Counted from the whole stretch's first letter, positions 40,652-54,000 are shown. The stretch: 63,894 nt of DNA, filler included, from Reticulomyxa filosa (GCA_000512085.1; 21 parts of 21 records of this genome joined end to end with filler, not necessarily neighbours in it); one strand, 5' to 3'. Notes: a model not told the origin generated them from the letters alone. Numbers and translations are program-made.

Positions 40652-41066
40652 TTAATATATACATATATACATATATGTGTATATATGCTCTTACAGTATT
40701 ATATACATACACACANNNNNNNNNNNNNNNNNNNNNNNNNNNNNNNNNNNNNNNNNNNNTTAATTAATTAANNNNNNNNNNNNNNNNNNNNNNNNNNNNN
40801 NNNNNNNNNNNNNNNTGACAAACAAAAAAGATAGTCGATATTATATTTATAATTTTTCTTATTTGAAAAACAAAAATGTAAATAATAAATAATCACAATG
40901 AATGTAGATGATATAAATCAGTAAAGTAAATGTTAAAAAATATTTTATTTTTTTTCGTACAATAAAACAGATAGGATGTCAAAGTAGGAAGTTTTAGGAA
41001 ACATTTTTTTTTCTTTTTTTAAAGCTTGCTTGTTGTTTCATCGTTAATTTGTAAAAAGAAAAAACT

Positions 41067-42135
41067 ATGTCTAGTCTAAAAAGGAAAAAAATGTTTGAAA
41101 GTAATGATAGACCACACGCGCCAACAATAGAAAAAGTAAATGAGGAAAAACATCATGAGGAAACGGCATTAATTTCAATGAATGATGTAGAACTAGCAAA
41201 GAACCAAGATTTCCAAGAAGTCCAGCTTTAAATTGATTAGGTATTTTTTTTAAAAAAAAGAAATTTCTTTACGCGACAAGTTCGCAAAAAAAAAAAAACG
41301 TAATGTATATACGTATAACAAAAAACTTTATGTACGATAAAAAAAATAGTTTAATAATTTAATGACATTTACTCTAATGAAATTTTTGAGTTAATACAAA
41401 ATACGATTAACTCGCTTAACAAAGTAAAAAACGTATCTCCAAAGGACACTGAAGTGTTAAATAAAGATAAAAAATTTAAAATTAAAATAATGTTATCCGA
41501 TCCCGATGAAAAAATAAATTCCGGAATTCGGATGAAAGAAAATATTGATAGTAGAAGAATTACCACAAAAAAATTATTAAGTGAACGCGTAGTGGTGAAA
41601 AGTATTATATACGATAAACAACATATGTATGAAAGTAATGCAAGCGGAGGCACTATAAGTGCTCGTAATTATTGTGATGACGATAACCCGTATAATACAA
41701 AACGGGCAAATGAGATAAAATACAATAATAATTGCGAAAATTGTTGTAAGTAAAAACTAAACTATCGCAATTCCCAGTTGACTTGTTGTCAACAATGAAA
41801 AAGGTTTTGTGTTTTTTTTTTCCCCCCCCCAATCGTATATACGTAGATAAAAAGTGTTTCTTTTTTTTGAAAGAAAAAAACAAACTTCTTGTTTAGTCTA
41901 TTTAGGAAGTGGACGATCGCGATCGCAAAAACAAAGACAAAGACAAATCAGAAGTTGAAGAAATTATTAATAAAGAAAAAAAAATAATAATAAAAGGATT
42001 GTTGGAACTGCTGAACAAGCAGAAGAAGCAAGAAGAAATACCGAATGAAAAAATATTGATGCTGACTTGGGCTAGTTGCAATAATACTCCAGAAAGAAAT
42101 TATCAAAGAAAAAAAAGTTTGTTTTTTTTTAAATG
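41067..42135 (+). pseudogene. Hypothetical multi-exon gene with stops (pseudogene or error-rich)
   Basis: Exon-like blocks at 41067-41240, ~41350-41802 and ~41905-42117 separated by GT..AG poly-T/poly-A introns. In-frame stops; no family recognised. Confidence 0.35.
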
Positions 42136-42636
42136 ATATTTTAAAAAAATAAATAAATATTACTTTTTTTTTTTTTTGAACCGCAAAACGAGATCTCGGT
42201 GGAGGTGACAATGTTGAAAAAATCAAACTTATTGACTAGTATTATTTTGTCTTTTCATTGATTTTATTTGTAAAGTTTTTTATAAAAGCTCAAGCCTTTC
42301 ATGATCGTGTCATTTTTTTTTTTTTTAAGTGATATAGGGGAACAAAAGCATTCTTTGTTTATCCGTTTTTTTAAATTTAATTTTTTATTTTTTTTGTGCT
42401 TAACGCACTTTGACAACTTCTCGATAATTTTTGTCGCCTATTTTACAAGACGACAAGTCGAAATGAAAAGTATTTGAAGAAAAACAATCAATTGANNNNN
42501 NNNNNNNNNNNNNNNNNNNNNNNNNNNNNNNNNNNNNNNTTAATTAATTAANNNNNNNNNNNNNNNNNNNNNNNNNNNNNNNNNNNNNNNNNNNNAGTTT
42601 CAAAAAACTTATGAATGTTTATTCTCCATAAAAACA

Positions 42637-43975
42637 TACGTTGCCATTAACGAAACCACAAAATAATGCGAAGTCACAATTGTGGAGTTTTTAATTTTCC
42701 ACAAGCTTAATACTTCTGATTCCATTAGACTGTCTCTCAAACTCATTAATAATAGATAACGCATATTTGCTTGATCGAATATCCCAAATTTTGATTGTTG
42801 AATCTTCTGATCCGGAACATATTAGATTCGCATTACCATTGCACCCTAGTAGATTTATTTTATTCAAAATTAATCCACGGACCACACAATATCTGTATGT
42901 CCTTTAAAAACTTGACATTTATTATTATCTCGAATATCTCATAAACGAACAGTATTATTACTTGATCCAGATAATACTGTATTCTGTAGTTGGTTTGATT
43001 CATATTTTACGCTTCTTAATCCACGCTCATGACCTAATAAAATATTTAATTGTTTCTTTTTCTCTATATCCCAAATACAAATACTACCATCATATGATCC
43101 AGAACACATTGTATATCCATTACCACCATTATTTCGTGATGGTGAAATAGCAATACACTGAACAGCATATTTGTGTCCTTTTATAAAATATAATTTCTCG
43201 GATTTCTCAACATCCCATGCATAAATATTATTATCGAATGATCCGGCATATAAATATTTTCCATAATTAAAAGATGAAAATTCAATACAATAAATAGACA
43301 TGCCATGTTTAAACATATCTAATTGTTTATTACACTTGAAATCTCAAAAACGAATTGTGTTGTCTTCAGATGAAGAACAGATAACATGTTGCTTATTTTT
43401 TGTATAATGATATGGTGAGAATTTCACACAATATACTGTACCCAGATGCAAATTTGATAACAAATTCAATTTGTCATCATTAATATCAAATATGGAAACC
43501 TTCTTGTCAGATGATCCAGAGCATATCAGTTGTTTGTCACCAATTGATGCAAAATCGATCGAATTTAAATAGCTACTATGTATAGTAGACGAAATGAATA
43601 AATAATTTAATGATAGCTTTGGGTTTTTTTCCATATACTTTTTTAAACTATCGTTTAAATTTTCAATTTTTGTGGTATTCATAGCATCAATTTCATTTAA
43701 TTGAGTTTTAAATTTTTGATTTTGCAATTCTTGATTTGTTTTTAAATCAAAAACCATTTGTTTTAATTCAAGTACGTCTTTTTGTAATTTTTCTTTTTGT
43801 GATGTTTCATATTGCAATTTGTAATTTAATTTATCAATAACACCTCGCAATATTTTGACTGTTGTATCATTTTCGCGTTCAATGTTTTGTTGAATTGGCG
43901 GTAAATTGTATGATCTATCTAAATGATTTTGTAGATCTTTTATTTTGCCATTAAAATGGCAATATACTCGCTCTT
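42637..43975 (-). pseudogene. TRAF-zinc-finger remnant/coiled-coil/WD40-repeat gene with premature stops
   Basis: YCHFNGKIKDLQNHLD, then coiled coil, then ~6 WD40 repeats (ICSGSSDKKVSIFD, ICSSSEDNTIRF*D, GSFDNNIYAWD, GSYDGSICIWD, SGSSNNTVRL*D, GSEDSTIKIWD). TGA at 43344-43346 and 42939-42941, frameshift near 42875, TAA at 42691. Confidence 0.88.
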
Positions 43976-45419
43976 TATTAAAGAAAGAAAATGGGGAATG
44001 ATCGAACGTAAGACATTCGAATCGGAACTTTTTGGACTTTTGTAAGCAAATGATAAAACATGGATTAAAATAATAAATTATTTGTAAATGAATTGATATA
44101 AAGAAATTTAAAAAAATAACAAATTGCTACAAATTACATTCGAATATTAAATCTTCACAATTAAAAGGTATAAATTAATTTAAAAAATGATATTAAATTT
44201 AACATTGATTAAATTTGTTTATGATCAACTTTGTAAATTCGATCCAAAGGAAAAGACGAGGTAAAGTTATTTATGTGATTTTATTTGAATATTTCAAGAA
44301 ATATATTATTAGTGAAATAAATTCAGTAAGTTATTTTAATATTGTATTATTATTAAAAAAATTAAGGAGATAAGAATTAGAAGAAGAATATTCATTACAT
44401 GCAACAATTATTCATATAATTAATGTCGAAATACACAAAATTGTTTATGTGATTGTTACAACATATAATTGATTCGTTAAGAGAAGATAAAAAATAAAAA
44501 AAATGAATAACAAGTGATAGTGTCACAAGGAAAACCATGACCATGTAATGGATGTTATTAGTGAAAATATTTCATTTGANNNNNNNNNNNNNNNNNNNNN
44601 NNNNNNNNNNNNNNNNNNNNNNNTTAATTAATTAANNNNNNNNNNNNNNNNNNNNNNNNNNNNNNNNNNNNNNNNNNNNAAAGAACTTAAATCAGCAACA
44701 TCGGTGATTAAGTTCATTGGATTGAGAAAGAAAAGTATTAGCGCCGGACATTATTTATTCATTTTGCAGTTGATTAATGAGCAGCTAATTCAACTAGATC
44801 ACAACTTCAATGATGCCAAGAATGGACAAATTGAACAAAAAACAAACATGTTTTTTAGATTGGTTGCAGTGGCGTGTCAAGTGTTGGACTACTCTATTGC
44901 TTCAAAAAAAAAATATATATATCTACTTGCATGGTAAATGCCGGCGGAAAGGGAGTGGCAGAAATGCCAAAATACTTCCACTCATCGCGGCTAGGCATCT
45001 CATTAACATGCGCTGATGCCGGACGCGCCCGCGCCAAAAGTACACGAGGAGCTGAAGGCTCCGAGCAAGGCCCGGAAACCAACAAGAAAGAATGCTTCAA
45101 CAAATTTTATGTTTGTTTTATTTTATTTTGATTGCAAAGTCTAGTTTAATTTTGTTAGTGGTGGTGACTGATATTGTTGATTTTTATACATTTTAATTTG
45201 ATTGATATTTGCCATTTGCTGAAGTCTCGTAGAATCCGAGCGTGGTCCCAAAGGGACCCTTGGATTTCCTCTGAGCTGCACAGGGACGAGCAATGCGAAT
45301 GTGTGATGATTACAATGTTTTGTTGGTTAAATTGACATCATTTTGAATTATATAAAATGTTGCAATGTCTGTTTTCACCATAAAGTAAAAAGGCACTTCG
45401 TTCTAAGAAATAGAACATA

Positions 45420-45930
45420 GTACTCAAAAAGAAAGACACAATCAAAAGAAAAACAATAAAGTTATTTCAATTTAAATTGAGATTGTCTTGAAGAAACTTG
45501 ACAATTGTTCAAATCCTTCCCTTGGTATCGATTACGAACTTGGCTGCTTTCACAACTTTAATCCTGACATCTGGTTTCCACGATTGATCACCAATGATGA
45601 ACTGTTTCATCGACAGGGACGATACATTAATGTATGGAAGCAATTCTTGGACATTCGTCCATCAACTGCGACGTGATTCACAATCTCTTCTTCTTCACAA
45701 CAAGTACAACCATGAGAATCTGATCTTTAATCCAACTTTGCCAGTAATCAACAGACAAATAATCTTGCGTTCTAAATGTCAATGAATGCAACACAATCTT
45801 TTCAAATGATTGTGTCCATCAGAAAATATCGTGGCATGTATGTCTTGGATTACCTAGTTCAATTGTCGGCACTCCAGCATCAGCTTCATTGATGCATCCA
45901 CTCAATGTCGACAATATAATTCAAATGGGT
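45420..45930 (-). mobile_element. Non-LTR retrotransposon (LINE) 3' end, decayed
   Basis: Minus strand across frames: RHTCHDIF..QSFEKIVLHSL..RKIICLLITGKVGL..SDSHGCTCCEEEEIVNH..LMDECP (C-x2-C-x7-H-..-C knuckle typical of LINE ORF2 C-termini), ending SMKQFIIGDQSWKPDVRIKVVK.AKFVIDTKGRI*, then an AT-rich 3' UTR. Confidence 0.75.
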
Positions 45931-45959
45931 CTGCATAAACTCAGGTCTTTCTAGTTAAA

Positions 45960-46164
45960 AGAGTACCTCGTTCTACTCAAAAAAAAGAAACAAAAATAAA
46001 AGAAAGACACACAAAATCTTACACCAACCAAAGGTCCATTCAAAAAATAATCAAAAGAAAAACAATAAAGTTATTTCAATTTAAATTGAGAAAACTTGAC
46101 AACTTTGGTCCTGACATCTGGTTTCCACGGTCGATCCCAATAATGAATTGTTTCATTGGCAGGG
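45960..46164 (-). mobile_element. Second, deleted copy of the same LINE 3' end
   Basis: Direct repeat of 45420-45620: aatcaaaagaaaaacaataaagttatttcaatttaaattgaga and tcctgacatctggtttccacg are shared. Confidence 0.75.
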
Positions 46165-46264
46165 NNNNNNNNNNNNNNNNNNNNNNNNNNNNNNNNNNNN
46201 NNNNNNNNTTAATTAATTAANNNNNNNNNNNNNNNNNNNNNNNNNNNNNNNNNNNNNNNNNNNN

Positions 46265-47680
46265 TCATTACTATTGCTATTGTTATTAGTATTGCTATTG
46301 TTATTAGTATTGCTATTGTTATTAGTATTGCCATTGTTATTACTATTGGCAGTGTTATTGCCATTACGACTGCTGTTGGCATTGGCATTGGCATTGACAT
46401 TAGTATTAGCATTTACATTTGCATTAGCATTAGTATTAACATTGGCATTGGCATTCGAATTTGATTGCTTACCACTTGGCTTAACTGGAGGCTTTTCCGT
46501 TTTTTTTTGATTGGACACAGTAGTCTTTGCTCTATCTGGGCGGGTGCGAGTGCCTGGATTAGCACTGCTACTACGGATTTTGTTTCGATTTTGATTTTGA
46601 TTTTGATTTTGACTTTGACTTTGAGCTTGAGACGACGATGACAGGCTATTATTGGATTTACTGTTGTTCTGTTTCTTTGCCGAATCTGAAGAACTGACAG
46701 GCGTTTTATCGACGTCTTTATTTTTGGATGCTGCTTTCGGGTTTTCTTCTTTCTTTGTTGACAATGTGACTGTCGATACGGCTGTTGTCTGAATAGTTTC
46801 TGGCTTTGTGTTAGGCGTAGCAGGGACAACAGCTTTGGAGTCCTTCGAATTCTTCTCCTCGCTTTTTGAGAAATTTGCATCTGCTTTCACCGCTTTGTTT
46901 TCTTTGTTTTCAGCGTTGTCTTTTGTGTCTTTGTCTTTGTCTTTCTCTTTCCGTTTGTTTGGAACTGGACTTTGCTTTGAATTGTCGCTGGCATTGGGTT
47001 TGAGTTTGGGCTTGTCCTTTCCAATTGTCAAATTACTCTTTGCTTGTTTATCCTTCGCTTGTTTATCCTTTGTTTGTTTATCCTTTGTTTGTTTATCTTT
47101 TTCTTGTCTTTGCGTTTTATTTGACTCAGCCTTTTGGGGTGGATCCTCCGTTGGATCATATTCTTGCGCAAGAGGAGGAGAAGGAGGAGAAGGAGAAGGA
47201 GAATGTATTGGCTCGGTCATTTCGGACTCTTTCTTTTGTAACGAGGACGTCTCCAGGACATCATCAGCGTGGTCCAAGTCGTCACTATTGTCCGCACTGT
47301 CTGTCTTTTGGATGGAAAGCGAGTCGCTGGTTTGGCTCAGTTGTAATTGATGGAAGAGCGACCAGTCCTTTGACCCTTCTTGTCGCAGAGACGGCAGATA
47401 CAAAGAAAGGGTATCCACAGAAGCGGAATACAAATGACCTGAGCCTTTGGACTCCTCGTCTCCACCATGTTTGTCTTCTTTTGCGTCTGCCGTGGATGGT
47501 ACCTGCAACGACTGGCCTTCGCTTAGTTGGGGCGCCTTCCGCCGTTTCTTGGCTTGCAATTTCGCCAAGTGCCACGGATCGTCACGGAGATACGTCAGGA
47601 AGCCAAGTTCTTTCACAATCTCAATTGCATTTATTAAAGCAAATTGTGGATCTTGCAGCAACGTGTTTAGTTTCAATTTC
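46265..47680 (-). CDS. Exon of a largely disordered S/K/N-rich protein, unknown function
   Basis: About 470 open codons after a poly-T/TTTAG acceptor. Short helical start, then KDKQ repeats and NANANV/NNNSNT tracts. Confidence 0.75.
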
Positions 47681-47848
47681 TAAAAAAAAAAAAAAAAAAC
47701 GAGAGAGAGGGGGGGGGATCAATTAAAAAAAAAAATAATACAAAAAAANNNNNNNNNNNNNNNNNNNNNNNNNNNNNNNNNNNNNNNNNNNNTTAATTAA
47801 TTAANNNNNNNNNNNNNNNNNNNNNNNNNNNNNNNNNNNNNNNNNNNN

Positions 47849-48617
47849 ACATTGACATTTGTCATAAAAGTTCAGCACTTCGAAAAATTTTTTCAGAGGA
47901 GACCCTTTGCTTGGTCCATTAAAAAAATTTTTAAAAAAATTAACTGAAGAAGGTTGCATTGGTTTCTCTTGCAACAGCTTTCGCCATCATAGATTTACCA
48001 GTTCCAGGCGCACCATAGAACAATACCCCCAACGGCGGGGCACATAACCTCGAAGTGCTTGTCAAGCCTGGGTGCATCAAGGGAACCAATACTGTTTCCA
48101 TCAGATCACTTTTTACACTGTCCAACCCTCCAATGTCATTAAACTGCACTGCAATTTGATTCGGTAAAACTATCATATCCAACAATGCATCTTCATAGGT
48201 CGAAGTGCTAAATTTCCGGATTTTTCGACCTGATGCCTTTTTTTTAAATCGCCCCCTTTTTTGTTTATTTATTATTTTTTTTAGAAAAGTAGTTCAGAAA
48301 TTAACTTCTATCCTTTTGATGATTGCGGTTTTCACATGCTCTGCTATTTTCTTACGACCCAAGTTACCGTCTGCGTCCGGTGCTTGCTTCACTAATTGAG
48401 AGAACATATAACCCAATGCTGCCAATGATCCTCCCAACAGAACCACTTCTGAAAAAAATGTCCACCAATCCTTCGAGTGCGTTATAACGAGACTTGCTGT
48501 TTGCTGTGCACCATCCCTCGACTGTTCAAAAGTTAGAGGCTGAGAACTTATGCTCGCATTTTCTGGAATCATTGAACGGATTCCTGCTTCGACCACATTT
48601 AAATTTTTGCCATACAT
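47849..48617 (-). CDS. ATAD1: ATAD1/Msp1-family AAA+ ATPase, N-terminal part; truncated
   Basis: N-terminal TM anchor (VVLLGGSLAALGYMF), YED.LLDMIVLP.QIAVQFNDIGGLD, ETVLVPLMHP, PPLGVLFYGAPGTGKSMMAKAVARE (Walker A). Intron ~48305-48238. Confidence 0.88.
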
Positions 48618-49648
48618 TGCTATGTTAGTTCAAGGGAATAAGTTTCTCAAGTAAAGCTTTTTGAACAAAGAAACTAAAAGAGGACAAACTTTAAATAAAG
48701 GAATACACAAAAGATAATACATTTGCGAGACATTTGATATAAATTCATTTATATTTGTCGCTCAATTTTCTTTTCATAAATTGCAACAATTGTCTTTGAT
48801 CATTTCCTTATGTTTTAGCTATGTTCGTCCCATCTTTTCACAAATTAACTACAATTTTAGATATAAAACAAATATTTTTCTTATATTAATTATATAAACA
48901 TAGGAAAATTTGATACAATAACAAAATCTTTTTAAAAAAATTAGAAATTTTTGTTGATGATTGAATTGATTGGATATTTCGAATTTTTTTCGGTCTGTGA
49001 TCTTATAATATAGAATTGTAATAAAATTTAAAATTTTGGACTTGTTGATGTAAAAATTATTATGTTGCTTACTTTGATTTATTGCTTGGCTCACTTTCGT
49101 GTTAGATACGCATAAAAGATTATCCAAAACACAAAAAGCAAAATATACAAAACGCACAAAAAAGTTGTTATGATAAACAATATTAGAAATGCAAATTAAC
49201 AATATTTGTGTTGAAATTTTTGTTTTAATTAATTCATTTGGCTTTTTTTCAAAGCGAAGTGGTACTAACTGAGAATAGTAATACACATCAACACAACAAT
49301 CGGATTTACACAAAACTGAAATCGATTTTACAGTAAATATAGGAAATTTTGAATATCAATTTTGTAGATTCAACATACGGAAAAACTATATTTCTCGGAT
49401 GTAGCAATAAAATTATCAAGATTGAACAGGTAATCATTTCAATCAATTCCGATCTTTTCTTTTGTGGACAATTGTGTATTTTACTAATTTTTCAATGACA
49501 AATTTGAAAAATGAATTTTGAACATAAATTTGGCAAACAAAACTGAAANNNNNNNNNNNNNNNNNNNNNNNNNNNNNNNNNNNNNNNNNNNNTTAATTAA
49601 TTAANNNNNNNNNNNNNNNNNNNNNNNNNNNNNNNNNNNNNNNNNNNN

Positions 49649-50800
49649 TCTGGTGAGTGGCACCGATGTCCGGACCATTTGGAGACAATCTTGTCAACTT
49701 TGAATTGGCAATATGTTTCGACCTTTGCAATAAGCAATCAATCGTGCATTTTCTCACATTATATGTACATATACATATATACGCATAATATAACATGCAA
49801 CAAACATGTTATAAACAATATAAGAGCGCACACTGTTAAGAATTGCACAAATATATTTTGAAGAAAAAGAAAGGTTAAGTTAAGATTGAACTCGATCGAC
49901 ACACAAAGCAACATCAAAATCAGTGCACGCAGCATCGCAAGGATCATCCAAGTCGCGATTGGCAGGAGAAGCCAAGAAGAGTCCCGATTTGGCCTGCGGA
50001 GCCAAGTACCAAAACTCTTTTTCGTTTTCATCGGCCCCGAAAATCCAAGGCAAAGATCTGTTTGGGTCTTTCAGCGTCTTCGTCATGTCAAGCGCATTAT
50101 AAGGACTGCCAGTCTGGAATTGTGGAGGAAAGATAATTATGGACCGACGTAAAGGTACAATATTTAATGGTCTGAGATTGGCCATTTGTGCAACGCTGTC
50201 CGCCCACGCGCCAGCGGCATTTACAATCAGTCGACATTTGTACTGTGTTTCGGCCTTCGTAACTACCTCCCACAGTCCATTGTGTGTATCCTTCTTGATC
50301 TGCGTCACCGGCTCGTCGCACTTCACCGACACGCCACGGGCTTGCAACCACGCAAGTAGCACTGGTGAACCCGACTGTACATTTTTATTCGCAAAAATTT
50401 AATATGAAAATTTAAAGTTTTTTTTTTTTAAGTTTTTTTTAAAAAAAAAAGGGGGGGGATAGGGAAAGTTTGTAATTGAACTTTTTGTGTGTATGTGTGT
50501 ATGGCAATTTCAAACCTAATATCAAGGTCAGTGGCACCAGGCTCCCACACACTCAATTCAGCAAGTGTGTCCCATTTCAACCAAGGGTAGATTTGCGATG
50601 CCTGCTGCTTGGAGATTACTTCAATTTTTTCCCGTCGCTTCTTTTCCAAATGTTCATACGACCGCTTTGCTTTCTTGCCCTTCGTGTCTGTGATCTCACT
50701 GTGGTGAGGACTGAACCCACGCAACAGCGACTCTTGGCACTCTGGGGCACCCACTGCCAATACACCACTTTTCTTTGTTTTGATAATTCGTCAGCCGTCA
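49649..50800 (-). CDS. FAD-dependent D-amino-acid dehydrogenase/oxidase (DAO family, DauA-like), internal part with 2 introns
   Basis: WEPGATDLDI|SRVHQCYLRG..ARG, IVNAAGAWADSVAQMANLRPLNIVPLRRS, WYLAP..GLFLASPAN.D..DPCD, DVALCVDR|VETYCQFKVDKIVSKWSGHR. Introns ~50516-50376 and 49891-49723. One frameshift at ~50342. Confidence 0.88.
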
Positions 50801-51249
50801 AGAGGCGGAGGGGGAAAGGTAAGATGCAAAAANNNNNNNNNNNNNNNNNNNNNNNNNNNNNNNNNNNNNNNNNNNNTTAATTAATTAANNNNNNNNNNNN
50901 NNNNNNNNNNNNNNNNNNNNNNNNNNNNNNNNATGATGACGATAAATAGTATTTCGATGTCATCGCGTTGGAAATGCTTTTTAAAAAAACAAATCGTTAG
51001 CTGAGTTTGGTTATGGAATTGCAATTTATTCTGGAAACTCGTGGACGTGGACTTAACGTATCGCAAACAAATGAAAAATACTGGACAAGTGCGGTAATGT
51101 CTAGCAATATAGCTCAAATGTTTGAAAATAACTTGTTGCCAAGTATTTGCCAGAACAATGATGGCGCGGCAAATCACTAGAAAGGCGTCAAACTTCGATC
51201 ATCGTCATCAACAATCTGGACCTTAGGTCGTTCAATTACGAAAGCAAGC

Positions 51250-54000
51250 CCATCAAGGAAAAAAAGAAGACGATAATATCGCGCAAAGTGAAGGCGATAT
51301 TGAGATTATGGTGCAGCGAGGGCAGCAACTGAACTGACAAAGAAGTGGAAGGCGAGGAAAAAGAGCATGGAAGTTGTCACTATGGCAATCGAGCAAACAA
51401 TTACATCGGGAGAATAGTTCCATGTGAATGTGGCCCAATTCGGCGGAGGAGTTGCATGAAACTCGTGTCAAGACGCCAGAAAGAAAAAAGATGGAGATTA
51501 GAAGAAGGATGAAGACAATAAAAAAAATTTCAAGCCCATATCGCGTTCAATTAGTTCAAAAAAAAACAAAACAAGTCTGGATATGTAATTGTTTTTTTAT
51601 CCCCGGAAACGCGCAAAGTCGCCACTCGTAGGCGTCGACTAACCTCCAATATCGCGCACAAATGGAAAATTTTAAACTAGTGCGGCAAGTTCAAGCAGCG
51701 GCAGCCCGAAGCATTGGAAAGAATATTTGCCATCAGCACATGTTTACAAAGGTCTCTGGGGATAATTATTGGCGCGGCATAGTACCAAAGAGAGCGCCAA
51801 AATGCAATCTATCGGCGCCCAACGAACAAGAGACGATCAATCGTTATGAAAATTGCACTAATTTTGTGAATGCAGATACTGAGCACTCGTGCCAAAAACT
51901 GGGCGTGTGCGTGCGCACATGCGCAAATTGGATTTTAAATTGTGCATATATTGACGTGAGAAATTTTGAGCTCGCGAAACATTGGGATGTTTGTCGGTGA
52001 AGAAAGTGATAGAGCTGGTTGCATCTTCCGACTCCATCGCCGCAAGAGTGGCGTGCCTTGTATTTGTCGAGCAAGAACCTATTACCTTTGCCGAGCTGCC
52101 TTCGGAAACTACTGACGACGTGTTGAATAGCAGTCAAGAAAGCAAGGAAACGAATATGACTAATAGTGGGAAATAGAATATGCAAATGTTCAAGTCTATT
52201 CGGTCGGGCCAAAGTATGTTCCTCATCACAACGGCGACGAGAGCAGATGAACTTACAGTTGGAAAATATCGCGATATGTAGTTGTAACAGTTGGCAAGAT
52301 TCTCTCAGGTCAATCGCAGACAATATCTCGACCTTGGTGCCGCCAAATATGAAAGCAAGTTCGCCAAGAAAAAAAAAAAAAGAAGACTGCAATATCGCGC
52401 AAAGTAAAAACGATTTGCACATTATGGTGTAAGAATGGTTCGATTTCGTTGTTCGAAACTACAAGCACCGGTAAGCAAGAAAGAGAGGAGGATTTGTTTA
52501 AGACGAAAAAAAAAAAAAAACAAATCGGATGACTTTATTGACTTTGGTTATGGAATCTCTTTTTACGTTTGGAAAACACGCAAAGTCGCCACTCGCGGAC
52601 GTATACTAATTTCATATTGGTGCGTCCCAAATGGAAAATGTTGAACGAACATGTCAATGTCTCGCAGCGGTAACCTAAAGTATTGCACAGAATTTGTTTG
52701 TCATAGATGTAGGTTGACACAAATCTCTGGTGCTTTGCCATGCCAACAATTATCCCGCAAAGATTGTGCCGAACTGTAATCCACTGGGTCCAATGAGCAA
52801 GTGAAACTCGATCGGTATGAAAATAGTGATAATTTTATAAACACAGCGTAACAATGGAAACGCAGATATTGGGCAATCATGTCAAAACTGATCGTGTGCG
52901 TGCGCATATGCACAAATTTGGATTTTGGATCGTGTTCGTGCTGATGGGAGGAATCTTAAGCTCGCAGTCAACATTGAGCATTGATAAGTAGTGAACATAG
53001 AGAGATTATTGCATTTTTTGACGCCATCACTGCAAGAGTTGTGTGCCTTGCATTTGTCGAAAGAGCGCATGCAATCTTTGACTATTGACTACAAGCAGCG
53101 TGTTGAACGGCACTCAAGAAAGCAAGCAAAAAGAATAAGTCAAAAAAAGAAAATACAATTGATACCGTCACTAATCTGATGGTCAATACAAAAATTGTTG
53201 AATGGACGTAATGTTGATGGATGCAAGAATTTCCAATAACAATAATCATCCAATGTCAAAGTGTGTATCTCATTACAGGGTTGATTAGAGCGAATGAATT
53301 TGGCATTTTAGAAAATATGCATTGTATGACTGCATTGGAAAAGTTGAAAAAGATTATACCAGTTCAATCGTCGACGATTTGGATCTTGGCACTGTCCGAT
53401 TACGTAGGCAAGCTAATCAAAAAGAAAGGAAAAAAAAAAGATTTGATAATATCGCTCAAAAATGGAAACGATATCGATATTGGTATTGCAACAACAACAG
53501 CGACTGGATTGGTAGAATAAATGAAAGACAAAGGAGAATATGGCATGGACGTTGTAGAAAATAAATAAGCACACATGACGATCGAGTTAGCCACTATCAC
53601 ATGGAACTATCCTTCCGATATCGTTGCTCAATTTGGTGGAAACTCAAGCCAGCATCACCATCAAACAAGAAGATAAGAGGAGGAGGAGGATGAATAGAAA
53701 GAAAGTTCCGAGAATACTGCGTTAGATTTGTTTTACAAAGTAAAAAAGATATTGTGTCGATTTTACTTTCGTTATTAAATGAATTCACGCCCACGAGCGG
53801 CGGCTTTGCGCATTCTTGTGCATGAACTGATTTCACATAATGCGCCTCCAATGGAAACTTCTTAACAGTGCTGTGACAATGTCAAGTGCGGCGCCAGTGA
53901 TGTCTGTAATGACGACGACAAAATGCAGTCCATGTCCTCGTTTACTCATTTATCAATTGTTCAATACATTGGATTGATGTTGTTTGCGCCAATAGTTGAG
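51250..54000 (+). repeat. Degenerate ~1-1.1 kb tandem repeat (about 3 units) of a decayed coding family
   Basis: aaaaagaagac..aatatcgcgcaaagt at ~51262, ~52378 and (diverged) ~53437. cgcaaagtcgccactcg at ~51612 and ~52579. cgtgtgcgtgcgca.atgc.caaat at ~51904 and ~52893. Confidence 0.7.

Noticed and set aside
46808-47726. Long plus-strand ORFs opposite the disordered protein, and similar antisense ORFs over other genes
   Set aside because: Shadow ORFs of low-complexity or GC-richer coding sequence.
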